Shown piece after piece: positions 1 through 6,794 of a stretch of DNA of 33,078 bases. The notes beneath the pieces were generated by a model. It saw only the letters and a list, made by a program, of their open reading frames with translations, was not told the origin of the DNA and did not search any database. The DNA is from a virus. Its lineage: Duplodnaviria; Caudoviricetes. The stretch's first letter is position 1. Every line of letters starts with the position of its first letter. The translations under genes were made by a program, and so were the position numbers. The stretch lies in IMG/VR virus record IMGVR_UViG_3300022895_000019, positions 1-33,078 of that record; one strand, 5' to 3'.

Positions 1-18
1 GTTTTAAAAGAACGCTGG

Positions 19-30
19 TATGATGCGCGG
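19..30 (+). promoter_or_regulatory. -10 element and GC-rich discriminator of the tRNA promoter
   Basis: TATGAT at 19-24 followed by GCGCGG, 10 nt before the tRNA 5' end; the -35 lies outside the window. Confidence 0.6.
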
Positions 31-34
31 CATT

Positions 35-124
35 GGAGAGATGCCGGAGTGGTCGAACGGGACGGATTCGAAATCCGTTGTACTGGCAACAGTACCTAGG
101 GTTCAAATCCCTATCTCTCCGCCA
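35..124 (+). tRNA. tRNA-Ser (anticodon CGA); prophage integration target
   Basis: Acceptor stem GGAGAGA/TCTCTCC, anticodon arm ACGGA-TTCGAAA-TCCGT, long variable arm GTACTG-GCAA-CAGTAC, T-loop GGTTCAAATCC, encoded CCA end. Confidence 0.97.
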
Positions 125-133
125 TATTAAAGG

Positions 134-166
134 CCCCGAGCGCTGTATAGCCCTCGGGGTTTTTTT
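134..166 (+). terminator. Intrinsic terminator after the tRNA
   Basis: Stem CCCCGAG/CTCGGGG followed by T7. Confidence 0.8.
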
Positions 167-169
167 CGT

Positions 170-214
170 TTGGGGGAATTTTGGGGGAATTGGGGGAGCG
201 TGTATTTCCCCCAA
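170..214. repeat. Integrase arm-type binding repeats
   Basis: TTGGGGGAAT at 170 and 181, TTGGGGGAGC at 190, and an inverted copy TTCCCCCAA at 206-214, all between the att core and int. Confidence 0.75.
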
Positions 215-234
215 GCGTTCGCTATCATTCCGCC

Positions 235-1212
235 ATGGCCTACTACGAGAAGCGCGGGGACGCCTGGCGCGCCCAGATCCGCCGCAAAGGATATCCAACC
301 CTTTCCGCCACCTTTGACACCAAGGCAGAAGCCCAGCGATGGGCCGCCGAGATCGAGGGCGATATGTCGCGTGCACGATTCGTCGACATGCGCGAGGCCG
401 AGAGCACCACGCTCGCCGAGGCCCTGGACCGCTACCTGTCAGAGGTCACTTCCACCAAGAAGGGCGCCAAGCAGGAACAGGTCCGCATCAAGAAGTGGAA
501 AGAGCACAAGCTGGCAAGCAAAGGCCTCGCGGCGATCCGCTCGAGCGACATGGCCGCGTATCGCGATGCTGAGCTGAAGGAAGGGAAATCGACGGCGACA
601 GTACGCCTCAACCTGGCTGTGATCAGCCACCTCTACACGGTGGCCACTAAGGAATGGGGAATCGAAGGGCTGACCAACCCCTGCCGGGCAATTCGTATGC
701 CCAAGGGCAGCAAGGAGAGGGATAGGCGCCCGACGCCGGCGGAGCTCACCGCGTTGTACAAGGCTGCCGGCCAGATGAATGCCCAGCTTCCGGTGTTCAT
801 TGAGTTGGCAGTGGAGACGGCGATGCGCCGGTCTGAACTGTTGATGCTGCGCCGAGACCAGGTGCGTGGCAAAGTGGCCTACCTGGAAGATACCAAGAAC
901 GGCGAGCGGCGCGCCGTGCCATTGTCTTCCAGGGCGATCGCCCTACTGGAGGCCTTGCCCACACCGATCGGTGGCGGCCGGTACTTCAATCTGGCGCTCA
1001 ACACGATCAGCAACTACTTCCCCCGGGCCTGCTTGGCCGCTGGGATTCAAGGCCTACGTCTTCACGACCTCCGCCATGAGGCCACCAGTCGTTTCTTCGA
1101 GCGCGGCTTCACAATGATGGAGGTTGCGAGCATCACTGGGCACAAGACCCTTGCAATGCTCAAGCGGTATACCCATCTTAGTCCTCAGGATCTTGCCGAA
1201 AAGCTCGGGTGA
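235..1212 (+). CDS. int: Tyrosine recombinase (prophage integrase)
   Basis: Catalytic set R (TAMRRSE), K (DTKNG), HDLRH, H (ITGH), Y (LKRY). Start chosen at ATG 235 (MAYYEKRG) because the longer 181 start runs through the arm repeats. Confidence 0.95.
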   Translation: MAYYEKRGDAWRAQIRRKGYPTLSATFDTKAEAQRWAAEIEGDMSRARFVDMREAESTTLAEALDRYLSEVTSTKKGAKQEQVRIKKWKEHKLASKGLAAIRSSDMAAYRDAELKEGKSTATVRLNLAVISHLYTVATKEWGIEGLTNPCRAIRMPKGSKERDRRPTPAELTALYKAAGQMNAQLPVFIELAVETAMRRSELLMLRRDQVRGKVAYLEDTKNGERRAVPLSSRAIALLEALPTPIGGGRYFNLALNTISNYFPRACLAAGIQGLRLHDLRHEATSRFFERGFTMMEVASITGHKTLAMLKRYTHLSPQDLAEKLG

Positions 1213-1432
1213 TGCTGCGTGTACCGGTCTGCCTGCTCCCCCTCTGCTGGCATCCCTGGGTAGCTATTCCCCCTATTGCGGAACCGTAGAAACGTACTAA
1301 TGTCTCACGTGTGAGTCTGTAGTGATCGATGGCCGGAGGAGGAGGCCGGTAAAATTACCGCTGTTTAGCGACGAATTCACAAAAATGCTATTGACTCAAA
1401 GGGTGCTTGTATTGGATTGTGGCTTGCCTAGG

Positions 1433-1460
1433 TTGACACGCATGGCAGCTCCTGTAGAAT
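1433..1460 (+). promoter_or_regulatory. Sigma70 promoter for the moron operon
   Basis: TTGACA(1433-1438)-16 nt-TAGAAT(1455-1460). Confidence 0.7.
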
Positions 1461-1494
1461 CCCGCGACTTTTTCATGATTTGTCGAGGGAAGGG

Positions 1495-1821
1495 ATGAGT
1501 CCAAGTGACAAAATTGAAGCGATCCGTCATTTATATGACTCACTCCTTCATGCTGCGAACCGCGTGCTCCACCAGGCAAAGAATTTCCACATTAGCGTTC
1601 TTCAGCTAGAAAACCCGACCTATGCTGAAGTCGCCGCGCAGTTCCGGGAGGTAGCTTCTCTCATCAATTTCTTGGCAGATGAGATTGATGACTCCCTGAC
1701 CGGCACGAAAGCTAATGAATATGTATCTTGCATGGAGGGCATTGCGCGAGCGATTGACGCTGACGACGCAGCAACCCTCAATGAATTTGTGAAACAACTA
1801 GACGCGAGGTCTTTCCTGTGA
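1495..1821 (+). CDS. Hypothetical 108-aa acidic helical protein (moron gene 1)
   Basis: Purine-rich RBS GAGGGAAGGG before ATG 1495, own promoter, AT-richer than flanking genes; no motif recognised. Confidence 0.8.
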   Translation: MSPSDKIEAIRHLYDSLLHAANRVLHQAKNFHISVLQLENPTYAEVAAQFREVASLINFLADEIDDSLTGTKANEYVSCMEGIARAIDADDAATLNEFVKQLDARSFL

Positions 1822-1952
1822 AAAAGCTATCCGACTTTGAATTTGCCGCTATCGCCCGTAAAGCAGCCGCTATTCTGGAGTCCATTGAAGCCAAGCTTGA
1901 TGTCGTTGATTCGGCACTTGAAGCTCATATGGGCACCAAGAAAGCTGCTTGA
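1818..1952 (+). CDS. Hypothetical 44-aa peptide (moron gene 2), not in the ORF track
   Basis: GTGA overlap with the upstream stop, RBS GAGGT at 1806-1810. Translates as MKKLSDFEFAAIARKAAAILESIEAKLDVVDSALEAHMGTKKAA and ends just before a terminator. Confidence 0.7.
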   Translation: MKKLSDFEFAAIARKAAAILESIEAKLDVVDSALEAHMGTKKAA

Positions 1953-1967
1953 TAGCGTCCTCGAGCA

Positions 1968-1995
1968 GAAAAAACCCGCTTCGGCGGGTTTTTTC
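1968..1995. terminator. Bidirectional intrinsic terminator
   Basis: GAAAAAACCCGC-TTCG-GCGGGTTTTTTC between convergent genes. Confidence 0.9.
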
Positions 1996-2245
1996 ATGCC
2001 ACTGTTTTGAGGTTTGGCGCTGGCTGTCGGCGCCTGCCCACTTTGGGCTTCTGGTGCTCCCCATCCCGAAACTCGCGCAGAAAGCTGCGCACGTCCTCTT
2101 TAAGCCAGCAGTGCCGGTTGCCCATCTTGAAGCTCTTGGGCAGCCATGGCACGCCTCGGCGAATCCCCTCCCTGATAGACGCCTCGGTGCGGCCCAGCAG
2201 CTTGGCCAAGCCCTCGACCGTCAACACCTCCGTCTCGTCGCTCAT
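1994..2245 (-). CDS. Excisionase/AlpA-like winged-HTH protein
   Basis: VLTVEGLAKLLG...LPKSFKMGNRHCW pattern; last gene of the left operon and nearest to int. Confidence 0.75.
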   Translation of the reverse strand: MSDETEVLTVEGLAKLLGRTEASIREGIRRGVPWLPKSFKMGNRHCWLKEDVRSFLREFRDGEHQKPKVGRRRQPAPNLKTVA

Positions 2246-2643
2246 TTCAGGAACTCCTCAACAGGCACATGCTTTCCAGTGCGGCGCTCCATGTCCTTGC
2301 GTTTGGCCAACGCCAAGAGGTGGCATTGGTGACAACAAGCATCAGGAGCTGCATTCTTGATGGCTCTAGCGGTCCTCAGCCCGTAAGTCCCGCAAACGCA
2401 TCGGACCACCCACCGAGCTAGAACCTCGGCCGAGATCCCGATGACTGTCAGTCGTCCGAGTTTCACGCCAGCCAGGTCCACGAAACATGACTGACATGCT
2501 TCGGCTCTAGTCACCGCCCGAATCGGTAGCGGCAGGAACGAGTTCACGGCCCCGTCGCTCATCTTGAATTCGAAGCTGGCGGCAGCTCCTACCACACGTG
2601 CTGCCATCCGGTTAACTGGTCGTTCATGGCCGGGCTTCATCAT
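2242..2643 (-). CDS. Hypothetical Cys-rich (putative Zn-binding) phage protein
   Basis: DLAGVKLGRLTV...WVVRCVCG...CCHQC; overlaps both neighbours. Confidence 0.7.
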   Translation of the reverse strand: MMKPGHERPVNRMAARVVGAAASFEFKMSDGAVNSFLPLPIRAVTRAEACQSCFVDLAGVKLGRLTVIGISAEVLARWVVRCVCGTYGLRTARAIKNAAPDACCHQCHLLALAKRKDMERRTGKHVPVEEFLK

Positions 2644-2992
2644 CAGCCTCCTGCAATTCGTTGATCACCGACTGGATGCCCGCCACATAGCTGCCTGGCC
2701 GGCCTGACGTTGCTCCGGCCAGGCGCTCTACCACTACCTCAATCGGCGATCCCCGCAGTGATGCGACCAGGTCAACGGCCCAGCGCCTCGCCTCCAAGTA
2801 CATGAGCCGATTGATGGGCCCGGATGCGGGAACAGCTACGCCTGATGTCTTGATGCCCTTGGCGATGGTGTGCGTAGCCGGTACCTTTGCAGCAGATCTC
2901 GATACGACCGAGTTGACCCGGCCGCGACCCCGCTTGAGCCCCATCGATTCGATGATCTCCATCGCTGCCTGGCTGACATCGCGATTGCTCAT
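2624..2992 (-). CDS. Hypothetical phage protein
   Basis: Start MSNRDVS at 2992 with an ATGA overlap and GGGGGTG RBS. Confidence 0.7.
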   Translation of the reverse strand: MSNRDVSQAAMEIIESMGLKRGRGRVNSVVSRSAAKVPATHTIAKGIKTSGVAVPASGPINRLMYLEARRWAVDLVASLRGSPIEVVVERLAGATSGRPGSYVAGIQSVINELQEADDEARP

Positions 2993-3132
2993 GAGCACCC
3001 CCGGAAGTGGTCGGCCAGCACTCGGCGCCCGTCCAGGCCGCAGGCGGCGGACAGATCGAGGACCTGCCCAAAGGTGGTTTCGCGCTGCTGCAGGGCATCC
3101 CACAGCAGCAGGAGCAGGCCGGCCTGGGTCAT
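2989..3132 (-). CDS. Hypothetical 47-aa protein, not in the ORF track
   Basis: [47 protein letters not shown]; ATGA overlaps at both ends fill the gap exactly. Confidence 0.65.
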   Translation of the reverse strand: MTQAGLLLLLWDALQQRETTFGQVLDLSAACGLDGRRVLADHFRGCS

Positions 3133-3365
3133 GGCTGCTGCACCTGCGTGTCCTGCTGGCCCTGCATCTGGTTTGCCAGCAACAGAGCCCCGAGCAGCAC
3201 CTGCTGGCGTTGCTGCAGGTCCAGGTACTCGCGGATTGCCTTCACGATCAGGCTGTTCATGCTGCGGTCGTCGGCGGTGGCCGCGGCGTTCACCTGGTCG
3301 CGCATGCCATCAGGTAGGCGGACAACAAATTTGTCGGCGGTGCGGCTGTCGTAATCAAACGCCAT
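3129..3365 (-). CDS. Arc-family ribbon-helix-helix protein, AmrZ-like
   Basis: [21 protein letters not shown]...RSMNSLIV closely matches the AmrZ/Arc RHH domain; RBS AGGAGG. Confidence 0.9.
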   Translation of the reverse strand: MAFDYDSRTADKFVVRLPDGMRDQVNAAATADDRSMNSLIVKAIREYLDLQQRQQVLLGALLLANQMQGQQDTQVQQP

Positions 3366-3546
3366 GGGGCACCTCCTGCGCCTGGCCGGCCTGGATGCGT
3401 TCGTAGATCTCCTGGCGGTGAACGGCGACCTCCTCGGGCGCTTCGACACCCAGTCGAACCTGCATCCCCTGGACGCCCAGGACGGTTACGGTGATGTCGT
3501 CGTTGATGCGGATGGATTCGCCTACGCGGCGGGTCAAGATGAGCAT
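3355..3546 (-). CDS. csrA: CsrA/RsmA-family RNA-binding protein
   Basis: [48 protein letters not shown]; RBS GGAG. Confidence 0.95.
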   Translation of the reverse strand: MLILTRRVGESIRINDDITVTVLGVQGMQVRLGVEAPEEVAVHRQEIYERIQAGQAQEVPHGV

Positions 3547-3637
3547 GTTCAAACTCCATTTTTTGGGCAAGCCGGGGGCCTGCCGCGTTTGTTGGCTTTC
3601 GCAAAAATCAGGGTTGGATCAGGTCAGGCGGGCAGCG

Positions 3638-4033
3638 TTATGCCACCGCCAAGGGGCACTCTGCGCGCCGGGTTGCTACACGGGTTTCGATCTTCCGTTC
3701 GCCGCTGTTGCCGCCACGGCGGATGCGCATTGCATGGTCGTCGCCGATCATTCCGTGGATGGTCATGAGCAGGGCCAAGGCGGTTGCGGCTGGGCTGATG
3801 ATCTGGCGCTTGAACGCTTCGAGAACCAAGCCGCGAATCGTCTTGCTGCCGAGCTTGAGGCGAGCAGCTTCCAGACGCTTCTCGACTGTCTTCGGAGCAA
3901 CCCCCATCACCTGGGCGACCTGCTTCACGGTCAGGTCAGCCGCTGCAAGCAAAGTGGCTTCTAGTTCGCGCGGGGCCAGTCCCATGTCGAGGCGTCCGGT
4001 CCAGCCGCTGGCGGTGATGGTTTGAGTGGTCAT
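3638..4033 (-). CDS. LuxR-type HTH protein, first gene of the left operon
   Basis: LAPRELEAT...TVKQVAQVMGVAPKTVEKRLEAARLKLG is a LuxR-type HTH without a receiver or ligand domain. Confidence 0.85.
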   Translation of the reverse strand: MTTQTITASGWTGRLDMGLAPRELEATLLAAADLTVKQVAQVMGVAPKTVEKRLEAARLKLGSKTIRGLVLEAFKRQIISPAATALALLMTIHGMIGDDHAMRIRRGGNSGERKIETRVATRRAECPLAVA

Positions 4034-4067
4034 GCGAGTTGCTCCATGCGATGAGTCGATGGAGATA

Positions 4068-4109
4068 AAATTACCAAAGGCAATTTATTGTGTAAATGCC
4101 TTTGGTAAT
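4068..4109 (-). promoter_or_regulatory. PL promoter with two repressor operators
   Basis: Minus strand TTTACA(4096-4091)-17 nt-TAATTT(4073-4068); operators ATTACCAAAGGCAAT (4070-4084) and AATGCCTTTGGTAAT (4095-4109). Confidence 0.8.
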
Positions 4110-4127
4110 ATTTTTTTGACAATGCGC

Positions 4128-4151
4128 AAAAAAACCGCTCGAGAGCGGTTT
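4128..4151 (-). terminator. Terminator of cI
   Basis: AAACCGCTC-GA-GAGCGGTTT with an A7 run on the left, i.e. a U-tract on the minus strand. Confidence 0.8.
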
Positions 4152-4173
4152 CAGTCTGGCTCTATCGACCTAG

Positions 4174-4920
4174 TCACCTGGAGCTTCCTCCACGCCAGGC
4201 TATCTGGCCTACGACAGGAAGCCTATCGGCAGCCTCACTGCTAAGCGTCTCATCTGGATACCTCTGCTTATCCAGGTTGTCACATCTCAGTGCCCAGCCG
4301 CCGGAAATCATTTGGAAGACCCTGCGGATGCTGGTCTTACCATCAGGACGCCTGATTAAAAAAATCTTTCCATCCTCAAGTATCTTCTTGGATGTGTCGA
4401 TCATAACCACGTCCTCGCGAGCGATATGTGGAGCCATGCTGTCGTCTGTAACGTACAAGATCCTGAGGTGGGGGTAATGCAGGCCCATGTCCCTAAGCCA
4501 GCCGCGGCGGAACAACATTCCCTCAGTAAGCCCTACATGCTCATCGTTTACCCCAGGGACAAATGAGTTATCGTCCAAAAGCTGAGGAATGAGCACGTAC
4601 TGCTCGTGAGGAACGGCATCCAATACCTTGGCGCTGCGAGACCAGGTTTCCTTAAAGGAGTCCGCAAAGGACTCAATCACGTCCGCAAGGCGAGGGCTGA
4701 AATCCCTCACGGATACCCCAAGAATCTTGGCGAAGGCTGCGGCGACTGAGGCGTTTAGTGGGTTCACGCCGTTCAGATAATGGCTAACAGAGCTCTGGTT
4801 AATACCCAGGCGGTGCGCAAGCTTCTCTTGAGTGAGCCTCAGCTCTTTTTTTTTGCCGTCGAAGATCGCCTTGAGTCTCTGGCATTCTTCCGCGCGATCT
4901 GAAGGTAAGGGCTTTTTCAT
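4174..4920 (-). CDS. cI: CI-like repressor (XRE HTH plus S24-like C-terminal domain)
   Basis: Lambda-cI-like N-terminus (MKKPL...RLKAIF..KKKELRLTQEKLA...NQSSVSHYLNGVNPLN), DSM motif, C-terminal GQIAWRGG; divergent from cro. Confidence 0.93.
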   Translation of the reverse strand: MKKPLPSDRAEECQRLKAIFDGKKKELRLTQEKLAHRLGINQSSVSHYLNGVNPLNASVAAAFAKILGVSVRDFSPRLADVIESFADSFKETWSRSAKVLDAVPHEQYVLIPQLLDDNSFVPGVNDEHVGLTEGMLFRRGWLRDMGLHYPHLRILYVTDDSMAPHIAREDVVMIDTSKKILEDGKIFLIRRPDGKTSIRRVFQMISGGWALRCDNLDKQRYPDETLSSEAADRLPVVGQIAWRGGSSR

Positions 4921-4926
4921 AGTCCC

Positions 4927-4996
4927 ATAATATTCCCGTTAGTAATGCCCATCAAATGCCAAAGGTATTGCAAGCGATAAATGCCAACGGTACTAT
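4927..4996. promoter_or_regulatory. PRM/PR divergent promoters with three operators
   Basis: PR: TTGCAA(4968-4973)-17-TACTAT(4991-4996). PRM (minus): TTGATG(4955-4950)-17-TATTAT(4932-4927). Operators at 4932-4946, 4955-4969 and 4980-4994 share the PL consensus A(A/T)T(A/G)CC-N3-GGTAAT, with 4932-4946 the most degenerate. Confidence 0.82.
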
Positions 4997-5025
4997 CTCT
5001 GCAAAGTACTAGCCGGAGGCAGACC

Positions 5026-5322
5026 ATGATCATGGTCCCCTTGAAAGATTTCGCTAAGGGCTATGGACAGCCGCATGCAGCGTCACTGCTTGGCATGACA
5101 CAGGGAGCGTTGAGTAAGGCCATCCGTATTGGGCGTACCGTCTTCGTTTCACAACAGACCGATGGCTCATTCGCTGCCATTGAGGTTCGCTCGTTTCCCG
5201 CTCGGCACGATCGGGAGACTAGCTGTGGCCCTACCTTGAACCAAACGATACGCCAGTTGGCTTCTGCCGTTGAGTCGGGCAATCCCTCTGTGAATCCATC
5301 CAGTACCGGAGGTGCGCAGTGA
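5026..5322 (+). CDS. cro: Cro repressor with a C-terminal extension
   Basis: LKDFAKGYGQPHAASLLGMTQGALSKAIRIGRTVFV...DGSFAAIEVRSFP aligns with lambda Cro; RBS GGAGG. Confidence 0.9.
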   Translation: MIMVPLKDFAKGYGQPHAASLLGMTQGALSKAIRIGRTVFVSQQTDGSFAAIEVRSFPARHDRETSCGPTLNQTIRQLASAVESGNPSVNPSSTGGAQ

Positions 5323-5942
5323 ACAACGTGATTCCCTTCACCTATCAAGGGCAGCCGGTGCGCTTCACGACGGATGGCTGGCTTCACATCACCAGGATCG
5401 CCGAGCGCTTCGGCAAACGGGTTGATCACTGGCTCGACAACGCTGAGACGCTTGAGTATTTCCGAGCTCTGGATGAGCACCTGGCTGGCCGCGAGTCAGA
5501 AATTCTAGATACCCGGAATTCCGGGTATGTAAAAACCAGCAGGGCTCGCGTTGATCGCGGCGGCGGTACGTGGCTTCACCCGAAGCTGGCCGTTTTTTTC
5601 GCTCGCTGGCTGAGCGCGAAATTTGCCGTCTGGTGCGATGAGCGAATCAGTGAGCTCCTGCACGGCGCCCCATTGGCGATGGATAACTTCAACCGCGCCT
5701 GCAAACGGTTTGACGTGCGCGAGTCTAGCGCGAGCGCGGCCGGTCGCGAACTCAACAGTTGGCGCCGCGAAAAGCCAACGCTGCTGGCCGAGGTAGAGCG
5801 TGGGCGCCAGCTCCTGCAAATGACCTTCGGCTTTGATGACCCTGTTCACCACCCCAAAGAAAGCTGTCATGGGCAAGAAATACATGAGCCTGGAAGGCAT
5901 GGGCAAAATTCTTTTCAAGCCAGATCAGCCGCCAGGCCTTGA
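5319..5942 (+). CDS. KilA-N domain DNA-binding protein
   Basis: DGWLHIT.IA..FGKR..HWL...T and GGTWLHPKLAVFFARWLS..F motifs. Confidence 0.88.
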   Translation: MNNVIPFTYQGQPVRFTTDGWLHITRIAERFGKRVDHWLDNAETLEYFRALDEHLAGRESEILDTRNSGYVKTSRARVDRGGGTWLHPKLAVFFARWLSAKFAVWCDERISELLHGAPLAMDNFNRACKRFDVRESSASAAGRELNSWRREKPTLLAEVERGRQLLQMTFGFDDPVHHPKESCHGQEIHEPGRHGQNSFQARSAARP

Positions 5943-6068
5943 TTCCGACTTTTTCTGTGAGAGCTTTGAAGGCAGGGGGGGGAATTTGAATGATTAGCGC
6001 AGATACCGCAAAGCCGCCTTAACCGCGTGGCCCCACCAATTTCTGCATTGGCTTAGCCCAGAAAGCAG

Positions 6069-6097
6069 AAAACCCGGCTTCGTCGGCCGGGCTTCTT
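6069..6097. terminator. Possible terminator hairpin in the early right operon
   Basis: CCCGGC-TTCGTCG-GCCGGG flanked by AAAA and CTTCTT. Confidence 0.5.
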
Positions 6098-6150
6098 AAC
6101 CAGTCCCCTGGCAGGGACCTTTTGAATCTTCGTCACTTGGAGACGATTTC

Positions 6151-6483
6151 ATGCACCCAAAAAATACCACCACGCCATCACCGGCGCAACCCATCCTAAC
6201 TGCCGAGATCGACTTCTTTGAAGCACCCATCGATAACCGAGGCGTGCAGTTGCTAAGCGTAGTGGCTGGAGCGAACGCAGAAGATGCGCTGCGCGCGGCC
6301 CGCACGCTTGCTTCAGGCCTGAGTCAGATTTCCCGCCACATTCACGACAGTGTGAACATGGGCGAACTTGTGTATTGCGACGGAATGGCGGCTCTCGGCT
6401 TCCTGGGCGAAACCGTCAGCGCGCTGATCTGGTCTGTTGAAAAGAGTGTTGCCGGCGCCGCAGGACGCGGGGGTGAGCAATGA
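6151..6483 (+). CDS. Hypothetical protein, DUF3077-like
   Basis: LLSVVAGANAEDALRAA helical pattern; RBS GGAG. Family assignment is from memory. Confidence 0.7.
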   Translation: MHPKNTTTPSPAQPILTAEIDFFEAPIDNRGVQLLSVVAGANAEDALRAARTLASGLSQISRHIHDSVNMGELVYCDGMAALGFLGETVSALIWSVEKSVAGAAGRGGEQ

Positions 6484-6794
6484 GACCTCAAGCCGAAACT
6501 CTTTCGAGCCCTTTCGCCACGTACGGTCTGCACGATGTGCTTGAGGCGTCTGGCGAAATTCCTGTGCATGAGTCCTTGGGCGCTGCCACTGATCGGCTTG
6601 AAGCCGTTGTTGCAGGACTGCGGACGTTAATGCAGGAACCCGCTGTCACCCACCATGCAACGCTCGTCTTTTATGCAGCTGAATCAGCGCTGGCGCTTGT
6701 TTATGCCGCTCAAGCCGGTGTCGATCCTCAGCAGGAAGACGCGCCACAAAATTCCGCCTCGCCAGTTCGTGGCGCGGGAGGTGCGGCATGCTGA
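6480..6794 (+). CDS. Hypothetical protein, possibly a DUF3077-like paralogue
   Basis: ATGA overlap; similar helical layout to the upstream gene. Confidence 0.65.
   Translation: MRPQAETLSSPFATYGLHDVLEASGEIPVHESLGAATDRLEAVVAGLRTLMQEPAVTHHATLVFYAAESALALVYAAQAGVDPQQEDAPQNSASPVRGAGGAAC

Noticed and set aside
33-317. 94-aa ORF, and the 181 start for int
   Set aside because: They overlap the tRNA, terminator and arm repeats; not credible coding sequence.
1385-1498. 37-aa ORF (MLLTQRV...CRGKG) with an ATGA overlap into the moron gene
   Set aside because: No RBS, and it runs across the TTGACA/TAGAAT promoter; could be real but unsupported.
5868-5996. About 42-aa ORF overlapping the KilA-N 3' end, containing a G8 run
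   Set aside because: Weak RBS and no recognisable motif; cannot distinguish a remnant from chance. Coordinates approximate.
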